Virus record (IMG/VR): IMGVR_UViG_3300025127_000055
Location: 1-52,219 of that record
DNA length: 52,219 nt
Source of the DNA: a virus
Lineage: Duplodnaviria > Caudoviricetes
Direction: 5' to 3' (one strand)
Part shown: positions 9,800 to 19,000 of the stretch, in pieces
How the letters are laid out: every line of letters begins with the position of its first letter
Numbering within the stretch: the first letter of the stretch is position 1
The notes under the pieces: generated by a model
Told to the model about the DNA's origin: nothing
The model's input: only the letters and a program-made list of their open reading frames with translations
Databases searched by the model: none
Made by a program: the position numbers and the translations under genes

Positions 9800-10215
9800 T
9801 CTTCTTCCTTTTCTACCTTATTATTTAGAACTCCGTTTTTCAATAACTTTGAAAGTTCAGAAGTAGATCCTACAAATAGTGCATTATTTACTGTTTTTGG
9901 TGAATCTTTTTCTTCTTTATTTAATTCTTTCATTTTAGATTGAAGATCAATTAACTTATCAGTCGTATCTCCAACACTTTTAATTAATTGTCCTGCAACT
10001 TCATATGCTCTGGGATGATCACTTCCCTGTGCTACTTCAAGAATACCATTAAGTGCTTCTTGTCCTTTTTCAATTAAAGAATATAAGTTACCTCTTGAAT
10101 ATTCATAATCAAGAGTAGAATCTTTCTTTTTTTCTACTTTTTCAATTTTATTTTCTTTTGATGCATCAACAGGTTCCACATCCAAAAATTCATCTATTTC
10201 ATCAAACTTACTCAT
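9796..10215 (-). CDS. gp16: Terminase small subunit (T4 gp16)
   Basis: DYEYSRGNLYSLIEKGQEA, HPRAYEVAGQLIKSV, NNALFVGSTSEL. Confidence 0.96.
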   Translation of the reverse strand: MSKFDEIDEFLDVEPVDASKENKIEKVEKKKDSTLDYEYSRGNLYSLIEKGQEALNGILEVAQGSDHPRAYEVAGQLIKSVGDTTDKLIDLQSKMKELNKEEKDSPKTVNNALFVGSTSELSKLLKNGVLNNKVEKEEE

Positions 10216-11264
10216 ACGTCAACTCCTTTTGTAGGACTATAAGTTCTAAAGTCTGGTAAATCAAACCTTTGTTCACTAAATCCAAAGTCATCACCAACCT
10301 CTACTAGTGCATCATCTTGAGCATTTACTGCATCAACCGCATCACCATTTATATGAGTATCTATAGTTGTTCCATCTTCACCACGTCTAACAGTAATATG
10401 ATTACTCTCAATTTTTTTAATAAACATCAGTTCATTACCGATAGCAATATAAGTATCTACAACTAAACTTGATGTATCCTGAACTAAGAATTTCTTCTGT
10501 GTCCTTGTAATATCTTCTGCAAGAGTTGTTACTGCATCATCATTATAATCCTTAAGTGCTCTTGGTGTCGCAACGTATCTCTTAGATCTTGTTGCAGTTT
10601 TAGTATTAGTGCTAGTATAGTAATCCACATTAACTTTCTTAATAAGACCTGAACCAGAATCTGATACTGGGCCAAATAAGTAAGTTTTTGCAGTGAATGC
10701 TAGAGTATGTGTTATAACTCTTTTTTGATCATATCCACTATCATAATTATCATCAAAAGTTACACTTTCTAATATCATTGGTATATCTCTTTTTTCTCCA
10801 ATTGCTTTAACTAAATCAACAGTTAAATTAAATGATGGTTGGAAGAATGGTAATATCTGTTCAATAATTTGTAGAGAGTCTTCATTATATTGAGTCATTG
10901 CATATAACTTAAAACTTAAATTATAAGGAACTGGCATGAAAACTTTTCTTGCACTTTTTGATCCATCTCTTGTAAATGCTTTAAAAGTTTGCATTGTTGA
11001 AACTTTTCTTGCTGGATCATAGGATATTCCATCCATTTCAAACGCTAAACGAGGTAAAGTTATTGCAACTCTTTTTCTTAAATCTGGTTTTTGTTCTAGT
11101 CTTGCTAAAAACTTTTCTGTTGGCCCATAAGCAATTGGGACTCTTACAGTAGAAAATGCTCCACCTGCAGCAGTCTGATGTTTGATGTCAATTTCATTAA
11201 AAAGTGTACCAAAGGCTATAATAGTCCTTCTGATTATTTCATGGTAATAATAGGTTCCTAACAT
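10212..11264 (-). CDS. gp15: Tail terminator / sheath stabiliser (T4 gp15) with an extra C-terminal domain
   Basis: YYHEIIRRTIIAFGTLFN, VPIAYGP, LPRLAFEM, QIIEQILPFFQP. Confidence 0.95.
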   Translation of the reverse strand: MLGTYYYHEIIRRTIIAFGTLFNEIDIKHQTAAGGAFSTVRVPIAYGPTEKFLARLEQKPDLRKRVAITLPRLAFEMDGISYDPARKVSTMQTFKAFTRDGSKSARKVFMPVPYNLSFKLYAMTQYNEDSLQIIEQILPFFQPSFNLTVDLVKAIGEKRDIPMILESVTFDDNYDSGYDQKRVITHTLAFTAKTYLFGPVSDSGSGLIKKVNVDYYTSTNTKTATRSKRYVATPRALKDYNDDAVTTLAEDITRTQKKFLVQDTSSLVVDTYIAIGNELMFIKKIESNHITVRRGEDGTTIDTHINGDAVDAVNAQDDALVEVGDDFGFSEQRFDLPDFRTYSPTKGVDV

Positions 11265-11291
11265 ATCTTAAACAGGACTTATCCAAACTAT

Positions 11292-12737
11292 TTAGAAATC
11301 ACCGAATGGGTTCTCTTCGGTAAAGTCTATGATCGAGTCTGCTTCAGACTCTACTGCAATATTTTCGTTATATAAATCATACTCATCTTGATCAGAAACA
11401 CTCCTAACAACATATTCTGAATCTGATCCTAATAAAGTAGTTCCAATTCCAACAACTGATTCTCCAACAGCAAATCCAACTCCACCAATATTTGTAACTT
11501 TGAGTATTCTATCACTTGAATCCCAATCAGCAACAATTGCTGTTGTTCCTGTTGAAACTCCTCTGACAAGTTCTTTAAATTGATAATTACCAGTTGCTAA
11601 TCCAGCTCTTGTTGGTGAATCTATAGTTACGGTTGGAGTTGCAGTATACCCAATACCTGCAAATGAATATCTGATAGAAGCAAGTTGACCAAGAGTATTG
11701 ATTATTGCCACTGCCTTTGCAGTTGATCCGATTCCAATATTAGTATCTAATCCAACAGCATTTATAGAAACATTTGGAACAGTAGCATAACTTGCACCTG
11801 GATTAGTGATGGTTGGAGTGGATATTGTTCCTTCTGCTATCACTGCGGTTGCTGCAGCACCAGTTCCAAATGCATTTTGACTTCTGATTGTGATTGTTGG
11901 AGGTGTTGTATATGCAAAACCAGGATTAGTTATTTCAATACGGTCTATTGACTGTCCCGTTTGTCCACTTCGACTTGTCATGATTGCAACCGCAGTTGCA
12001 TTAGTTCCTTGACTTGGTGCTGATGATATACCAATTAGAGGTGGGAGTGTATATCCTGTTCCATCATTAATTAAATCAATGAATGCAACACCCTTACCAA
12101 TGTTAGTATTACCTGTATCTTTAGATAATTGAACTGTTGCTGTTGCTGTTGATGCAGCAATACTGACCATACTTAATCTTGTTGTGAATCCAAATTCAAC
12201 TGCAGCTCTGTCTACTTCTTCAACACCAGTATCAATATCCTCATCAAGAGCATAATCCATTACCTCACAACTTAAAGTGTAAACATAAAGATTATTTAAT
12301 TGATAAAATGGTTTCTTACCCTCAACATATTTTATTTCAAACATAGTATTATCAAGAGGAAAATAAATTAAGTCTCCTTCTTCTGGTCTTGTTGCTAATT
12401 CTATCTGACTATCTCCAGTCAAAAATGGACTAATAAAATCCTCATATCTTTCTTTTGATATAACGAAAGTGACTGCATCTGTGGTTTGAACTCCAAATTT
12501 TTGTAAAATATCTCCATTACCTTCAAATCCTTGGTAATTTAAAAGATATGCTTCCATACGATAAGCATCATCAAATGTAGAGGACACAACCTCTTTCAAA
12601 ATTGTTTTTTTATTTACAATTTTTCGAGGAAGATAAACTATATCTTGACCATAAATCTTTAATTGTTCATTTATGAGATCCTGAACTAATCTCTGTTCAC
12701 TTGAAGATCCTTGTAAAAAATACGGAGAAAGTGGCAT
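11292..12737 (-). CDS. gp14: Neck protein (T4 gp14) with inserted repeat modules
   Basis: EQRLVQDLINEQLKIYGQDIVYLPR, RPEEGDLIYFPL, FEIKYVE..PFYQL; C-terminus DFTEENPFGDF. Confidence 0.95.
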   Translation of the reverse strand: MPLSPYFLQGSSSEQRLVQDLINEQLKIYGQDIVYLPRKIVNKKTILKEVVSSTFDDAYRMEAYLLNYQGFEGNGDILQKFGVQTTDAVTFVISKERYEDFISPFLTGDSQIELATRPEEGDLIYFPLDNTMFEIKYVEGKKPFYQLNNLYVYTLSCEVMDYALDEDIDTGVEEVDRAAVEFGFTTRLSMVSIAASTATATVQLSKDTGNTNIGKGVAFIDLINDGTGYTLPPLIGISSAPSQGTNATAVAIMTSRSGQTGQSIDRIEITNPGFAYTTPPTITIRSQNAFGTGAAATAVIAEGTISTPTITNPGASYATVPNVSINAVGLDTNIGIGSTAKAVAIINTLGQLASIRYSFAGIGYTATPTVTIDSPTRAGLATGNYQFKELVRGVSTGTTAIVADWDSSDRILKVTNIGGVGFAVGESVVGIGTTLLGSDSEYVVRSVSDQDEYDLYNENIAVESEADSIIDFTEENPFGDF

Positions 12738-12741
12738 AATA

Positions 12742-13557
12742 TCATCCTATAAAGTCAAGTGGTGGCAATTCGTACTCCGTCTTGAGTGTATTTTCTAATT
12801 CTTCAAGTTCTCTAACTGCATCTTCATATATTTCTCTTCCATTTAACTGAACTCCACCAGGTAACATTACACCTTGGAACTTAATTAAGTTTGTTCCCCA
12901 CTGTTTTTTAATTAGTGAGGTTGCATATTTCTTCAACCAAAAATCATTGTATATTTTACTTACATCTGCAGGATCTAAAAGACGATAACCATCAATAATT
13001 ATAAAGGTGTCATCAGACATCTGTTGAAAATCAATATCCAAATATAATCTTCCTTGCTTTTTGTTAAATCTTATCTGAGTATCTGGTGTAATGATACGAC
13101 TTAAATCTTCCAAATAAGTTTTGGTCATTGTATAGTTCAATAAATCAAGTGCACCATAGTAGTAAAGATCATTCAAGAATATTTGATATTTAATATTAAA
13201 TAAACCACTTGATATAGTGCTGTTATCTATTTTAAGAACTCTTTCTACACCTAATACATGGTCAGGCAACTGTATAAAATTTTGTGACTCTTCAAACGTA
13301 GTTGTGGTTATACCCACTGTGGAACTCGCAGTAGTGGTGGTAATTCCACTTGTTAATGTTTCTTTTTCTTCTTTCGTAACTTTATGCTTTAAGAGCATTC
13401 TCTCAACACCATCAAAATGACGTTCTTGAAAATACTGAATCGCATCATCAATTAAGTCATCGATTTGATCATCATCAACATTAATTTCCAGCACAGGATA
13501 ACCTAATTTTCTTAGGCAGTAATCAATTAATCCTTGTCTACTGGCTGGTTTACTCAT
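12742..13557 (-). CDS. gp13: Neck protein (T4 gp13)
   Basis: YCLRKLGYPVLEINVDDDQIDD, KKQWGTNLIKFQGVMLPGGVQLNG. Confidence 0.96.
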   Translation of the reverse strand: MSKPASRQGLIDYCLRKLGYPVLEINVDDDQIDDLIDDAIQYFQERHFDGVERMLLKHKVTKEEKETLTSGITTTTASSTVGITTTTFEESQNFIQLPDHVLGVERVLKIDNSTISSGLFNIKYQIFLNDLYYYGALDLLNYTMTKTYLEDLSRIITPDTQIRFNKKQGRLYLDIDFQQMSDDTFIIIDGYRLLDPADVSKIYNDFWLKKYATSLIKKQWGTNLIKFQGVMLPGGVQLNGREIYEDAVRELEELENTLKTEYELPPLDFIG

Positions 13558-13730
13558 TTTTTCTCCTTTTTCTGAACTTCTTCCAATTCAAGCAATTGTT
13601 TTTGTAAATCCATGTAATCCTTTGTCATAGACTCAATTTTTGCCTCTAGTAATATATTTTGATTAATTAATGTTGATAATTTCTTATGGTAATGATTAAT
13701 CAAAATATTCACATCAACTTCACTATTCAT
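13554..13730 (-). CDS. Small coiled-coil hypothetical protein (58 aa, MNSEVDVNILINHYHKKL...)
   Basis: Start re-assigned to the ATG at 13730, just after the upstream stop. The longer 13904 start would overlap the upstream gene. Confidence 0.7.
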   Translation of the reverse strand: MNSEVDVNILINHYHKKLSTLINQNILLEAKIESMTKDYMDLQKQLLELEEVQKKEKK

Positions 13731-13734
13731 AGTA

Positions 13735-15165
13735 TCAGAATTGACCTCCATCAATCGTTGTTGTCCACTTCGGTATGCCACTGGCATCCGTTGTGAGTAT
13801 AAAGTTTGAGGTGGATATACCAGCAGTAGTGCCAGCCGCACCAACCATTTTACCAGTAGTATCGAAATAGATAATTCCGTTACCAGCTGTTGAATAATCT
13901 CCACTTTGGAAATATATTCCTTTTATATCTAGGAAACCTTTTGTACCACTTAAAACGTTACCAGTAATAGTCGCATCAGGAATATATGTGAAAGATCTTT
14001 CAGGTGCATTACTAGTTTCACCTGTGCTATCATTATAACCAAAGAATCCAGTTTTGTTATTTGCTACTCCAGTTCCAGTATTATAGTTGAAAGAAATACC
14101 ACGATCAGTATTGGTATCAAAACCGTGTGTGATTGTTAATTGTGCAGTCGTTGTTATACCGCCAGTTGTTTGTCCATCAATAAAAATAGTTCCAATTCCA
14201 GTTCCACCTGGTTGTGTTGTATAAGAATTAATTGTGGTAGTTCCAGCACCTGGTAATGAATTACTACCAGTTATAACGTCACCAGTGTTGATACCAACAA
14301 CAGAATCTAAAGTGATTGCTGATACACCAGATCCAACTGTAGACATAACAGTTCTTTTACTGGATACATCACCAATATTCATTATTGGATCATTTAAAGT
14401 CGCATTAGTAGAGTTAACAGTGGTTGTTGTACCATCAACCTGTAAACTACCCTTGATGATGACCATACCATCACTGTCTAGACCGTCTGGATATGGATCA
14501 ATGAATAAAGTGTTTCCACCACCAGATCTAGTTCTTATAACATTAGATGAAATTCCAATGTTATCAACATTGAATCCACCAAACATTTCAACTTGCGTAT
14601 TATAAACCCATGTTGCACCAGTAACCTGAATTTTGTTAGTTCCATCTTCATCATATTCAATACTTGCATCTTCACTAGCACCGAATGTTAATTTAGTATC
14701 ATCATCAATAATTACTTGACCTGCACCATTAGGAACAAAACGAATATCTCCATCAGTATTATTTGAATATATCGTATTTCCATCAAGTGTAAGATTATCT
14801 ACTGTCCAAGTATCAACTCTTGGTAAAGTTTGAGATGCATATGCTGCCCCCAAACCTGAAGAACCACCACCTGGATGACCAGTGTAACTAACATCTAAAA
14901 TTGGAATAAACCCGTTCGATACACTACCAGCATGGGCATTTGAACCATCTTTAACCGCACCTGGTGTGATATTCATCATATCAGTGTAGTACTTACCACC
15001 AATTACTATCGGATCTGGATCTGGACTTGTATTGTCTCCAACAAATAATCTTCCACCCTTATTTCCTTGATTACCATTTGCAATTGTGACAGCGAGTTCA
15101 CCGTAGTTTATAGTTGACGGAGCAGCGTTGCCAGTCGATCTCTTTACTCGTATTATGCTGGCCAT
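13735..15165 (-). CDS. Putative fibre/virion structural protein (476 aa)
   Basis: N-terminal IRVKRSTG...YGELA fibre-attachment-type motif, LQVDGTTTTVNST, C-terminal IDGGQF; lies upstream of the neck genes. Confidence 0.75.
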   Translation of the reverse strand: MASIIRVKRSTGNAAPSTINYGELAVTIANGNQGNKGGRLFVGDNTSPDPDPIVIGGKYYTDMMNITPGAVKDGSNAHAGSVSNGFIPILDVSYTGHPGGGSSGLGAAYASQTLPRVDTWTVDNLTLDGNTIYSNNTDGDIRFVPNGAGQVIIDDDTKLTFGASEDASIEYDEDGTNKIQVTGATWVYNTQVEMFGGFNVDNIGISSNVIRTRSGGGNTLFIDPYPDGLDSDGMVIIKGSLQVDGTTTTVNSTNATLNDPIMNIGDVSSKRTVMSTVGSGVSAITLDSVVGINTGDVITGSNSLPGAGTTTINSYTTQPGGTGIGTIFIDGQTTGGITTTAQLTITHGFDTNTDRGISFNYNTGTGVANNKTGFFGYNDSTGETSNAPERSFTYIPDATITGNVLSGTKGFLDIKGIYFQSGDYSTAGNGIIYFDTTGKMVGAAGTTAGISTSNFILTTDASGIPKWTTTIDGGQF

Positions 15166-15393
15166 TTAAAAACTTCCCCCATTAATGTTTAAATTTTGTG
15201 TTGCTCCTGGCGTTAATTCTGAAGTTGCTTCGAATTTACTTGTTGCTGCATTAAAAACCAACACCATTCCATCTTGCAATCCACCAGATATATCAACATC
15301 TGATAAACCACCTAAAGTTCCTCCACTACCCGATATAGTAGATATAACTTTTTTAGCATTTCTTGAACCGACTCTGACTTTAATATCAGCCAT
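15166..15393 (-). CDS. Small virion-associated hypothetical protein (75 aa)
   Basis: LGGLSDVDI...DGMVLVFNAATSKF motif typical of fibre repeats; C-terminal INGGSF. Confidence 0.7.
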   Translation of the reverse strand: MADIKVRVGSRNAKKVISTISGSGGTLGGLSDVDISGGLQDGMVLVFNAATSKFEATSELTPGATQNLNINGGSF

Positions 15394-15398
15394 GTTAA

Positions 15399-15737
15399 TT
15401 AACCTGTAGTGACTCCAGCAGTAACAATCGCACTTCCACTGACAATTCTTGTTTTTAAAGAACCATCATTTAACAACACATCATAACTATATCTACCTGC
15501 TTTCAAAGTAGATGTAATAGAAGATCCTAAAGATATTCTTAATTGCCCTTGTGTTCTGTTTGGAAATGACACGGTAAATGATGCCTTATCATTCAAAGAA
15601 GCAGGATGTTTTTTTAGTTTCGAAGTAGCTGAGTAACCACTTAAATCTAGTGGTGCATTTGATGAACTTTCTAGATTGAAAGTTTGGTCAAAATCAGCTC
15701 CAGCATCAATTACTATGTTACTAATATATGCTGCCAT
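15399..15737 (-). CDS. Small beta-sandwich structural/adaptor protein (112 aa)
   Basis: IDAGADF, PLDLSGY, LKAGRYSYDV pattern common in phage fibre-adaptor proteins; own late promoter. Confidence 0.7.
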   Translation of the reverse strand: MAAYISNIVIDAGADFDQTFNLESSSNAPLDLSGYSATSKLKKHPASLNDKASFTVSFPNRTQGQLRISLGSSITSTLKAGRYSYDVLLNDGSLKTRIVSGSAIVTAGVTTG

Positions 15738-15766
15738 TATTTAACTAATTAGAATCTATCTTGGAA

Positions 15767-15774
15767 TATTTATA
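15767..15774 (-). promoter_or_regulatory. T4-type late promoter TATAAATA
   Basis: + strand tatttata at 15767-15774. Confidence 0.8.
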
Positions 15775-15776
15775 AA

Positions 15777-16001
15777 TCATTTATCCATAATGTTTAGAAG
15801 AAGAGTTTTAATCTCATCCATATCCTGTTTTAAGCAGTCCAAATCACTACGCATATCGTCAAATTTCCTTTTTTCTTCATACTTTTTTTGAGAAAGTTTT
15901 ATAAATTTATCAAATTCACCCTTATTTCTATTCACTATGGCATTTGACTCCATGTCTCTGACATGAGTTTTGTCAGTTTCTACTTTTAAGTACCTTTCCA
16001 T
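15777..16001 (-). CDS. Small coiled-coil hypothetical protein (74 aa)
   Basis: Coupled to the upstream stop; RDMESNAIVN motif and a C-terminal heptad pattern. Confidence 0.75.
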   Translation of the reverse strand: MERYLKVETDKTHVRDMESNAIVNRNKGEFDKFIKLSQKKYEEKRKFDDMRSDLDCLKQDMDEIKTLLLNIMDK

Positions 16002-19000
16002 TACTCTATTTCAAATGACCTAAGAGCAATTGCTCTAAAATTTTTAAGTCGAGGTGGTTTTGCCTGATTAGTTGATGTCATAACAACTTTAATCATGAAT
16101 GCATTAAATTGTGCAGTATTCTCTGCAGTAAATTTATATTCACTAAAGGTATTACGTTTAGCATTTGGTTTGACAATAGTATCTGGTAATCCGTTTGTAT
16201 TAAATGGAACATAACTTTGTCTAGCACCACTACCATCACTTCTGACTAATTTATAGAAGACTCTAATATCACCTTCTGCTTCTCGATGTCCGTCAAACTG
16301 AACCATCAATGAATTAGAAACAAACTCTAAGTTAATTAGTTTTGTTTCATAAATCGCATTATTTGGATCTGAACCTGGAATTTTTGTTCGACTATCAGTT
16401 TCAAAATCATCAACTTTATCATCAACTAGATTACTAAGTAATATCGCATTAGCTGTATCTAAATTAATCATTGGAGATACATCCTTATTATTAGTTGAAA
16501 GTGTTAATTCAAGGAAAAGTGATTTGTTATTATCAAGTAAATGATATTCATTTGCTCCAGATGCTACAATTCTTGGAGTGTCAAAGTAATTAATTTTATT
16601 CAATGCAACATTCTCATAACCCATATCGTTAAATGAGGGTTCATTTCCACTTAAACTTGTTCCAGAAGTTGTTTTAATTCTAGCAGAAATATTTGTCCCA
16701 CTAGGTGTAATTGATGTTATTTGTGGATTTATTGCTTCAAAAGGCATGTTTTGAGTCACATGTAAGTCATTTCCACCACCAGCTTTAGTCGTTCTAAATG
16801 AAACTTCAGTTGACGCTGTAGATACTTTTACATGATAACTATCAAATGTTTTTTCTCTAGGATCCATATCATGTCTTTTATTGATTTTTCTTAAAGAAAT
16901 ACCATTAAATTCATACTTAAATACATATGCTTTTGCTTTATGGTCTGATTTTCTACGATCATCAACACCAGCATCTATAGCTCTAGTAATACCTGTTAGA
17001 GTATTACCATTTACACCAGTGTATTTAATTACTTCTTTATCTATCTGAACGAATCCAGGAAAATCTGCAGTTACTGTTTGATCCTCAAAGACATTGAACC
17101 CAGTCGCACTTGCAAGAGATATGATAGTTGTATCGTCATCAATTTTTTGTGTTAATGTTGTTGGTTTAACGTCTGACCTAAATCTTGTAATTCTAAGTTC
17201 ATTTGTATTTGAATGCATTCCATGATTTTTATGTTTAACTCTCATGGTATATCCATCTCTTATAGGATCTGCAATGACAGAAGTTATATCAGCATTAGCA
17301 ATCGTATTTTGACCTCCACCGTTAGGGAAGTGTTTCATGTCTTGACTATCTACAAAATTATTTTTAACATCATCCAAAATGATTACGTTTGTACCACCAA
17401 GTCCAACATGAGACTTCACAACAACTCTAACTCCTGATCCAGTTGAACCAAGAGCATTTAACATTAATAGATCACCAGGTGCATAACCAGAACCACCATT
17501 TTGAATATTAATATTTGCAGCAGTTACTGCACCATTTTGAACTGTGACATTTGCAGTTGCACCTTGACCAAATCCAGTCAAACTTGTAAATCCAATTCCA
17601 GTGTATAATTGAGAAGATCCACTTGTGGGTGTAAGTCCAATACCAGTATTTCCAACCACTGTTAAATTACTACCTGATGCTCCAGTTTTTATTGGGCCTC
17701 CTACAGAAAATACTTTTGCTGTATGATCAAAACTGTTTACTGTTTGTTCAAACTTGTCTCCTTGTGTAAAAACAGTTTGAGTTGTTGCTCCCAAATTAAC
17801 ATTGACTCTTTTTGAGAATGTAGTTACTGTATTTCTTCTTTTAATTCTATGTCTTTTAATTCTAGAGTTGTAAAGTAAAACACTTGATGGGGTATTAGTT
17901 ATAAACTCTGCTTTGTTGAGTACAAATTTAAGATCTTCATATTGACTAGGAGTCCATGTACGATTATTTTGTGATTTAAATAAAGAACCCAAAGTTGGTT
18001 GTGTTGCATTTAATCCTTGAGTTATTAAATCAGTTTCACCCATTCTATTAATAAATGCCAAGTAATTAAGAGTACCAAATGCCATTAATACCATGCAATA
18101 CTCATGTCCACTTTGCAAATAAACAGGTGTCTTAAATTTAAATGATGATGCTAAAGAACCATCATCAGAAATTTTAACATCTTTTGATTTTATTTTAGTT
18201 TCACCAAATGGGACAACTGTTGAGGTTGGAACACCATCTCTCATTGTTCTTATTTGAATAGTCACTGGGACTTTTTTATCTTTTGTTTTAAAGAATAAGT
18301 CACCACCAGTTATAAAAATACCATTTTCATAAGTATCAGACTCTACAAAAAATGATTGTGCCAATGGATCACTATCTTCAACTTCAACATTTGTTCGAAT
18401 ATCCACATCAGTTTCAGTTTCAGTTCTGGTTCTATTAAATGTTCGAGAAACATCCTTTCTTCCAACTTCTTTTCTCTCTATTTGTGGTTGTTTTATTGAT
18501 AGAGTTTGTTCTTGTGTATTTGTTTGATATCCACTAGCAAAGTATTCTGCCTCTGCTGAACTAGAACCAGGATCTAATATAGCTGCATTTCCAGCATCAG
18601 TGGTTATTCTAATTGTATTATTTCCAGTTGTAAATACAGGATTACTTGAAATTTTAGGATCAGGAACATGTAAAGAGAAAATTAAATCTCCTTGTTCATC
18701 ACTAACTAATGCTGGAGTTCCTACAGTTGCTTCTGCAGATCCATCCTCATTTACAAGTTCCATCCCTTTGAATACGTATCCACTATTTTCAACATTATTT
18801 TCTAATGATAAATCAGCAGTATCGATGTTTAATACTTCACTAGTGCTTGAGTATGCTGAAGATAATGTTGTAATCGGATATGCCAAATTCGTGAGGGTTT
18901 CGGTTGGATCATTATAAGGCCCTTCTTTATGATTTGGTGTTGCCACCCTAAATTTAATTTCAGGAATTGAAGTTGTTTCATTAGACTGAGATATACTTTC

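Noticed and set aside
13731-13904. N-terminal extension of ORF 13554-13904
   Set aside because: Overlaps the upstream fibre gene by ~170 bp; the ATG at 13730 fits operon packing better.
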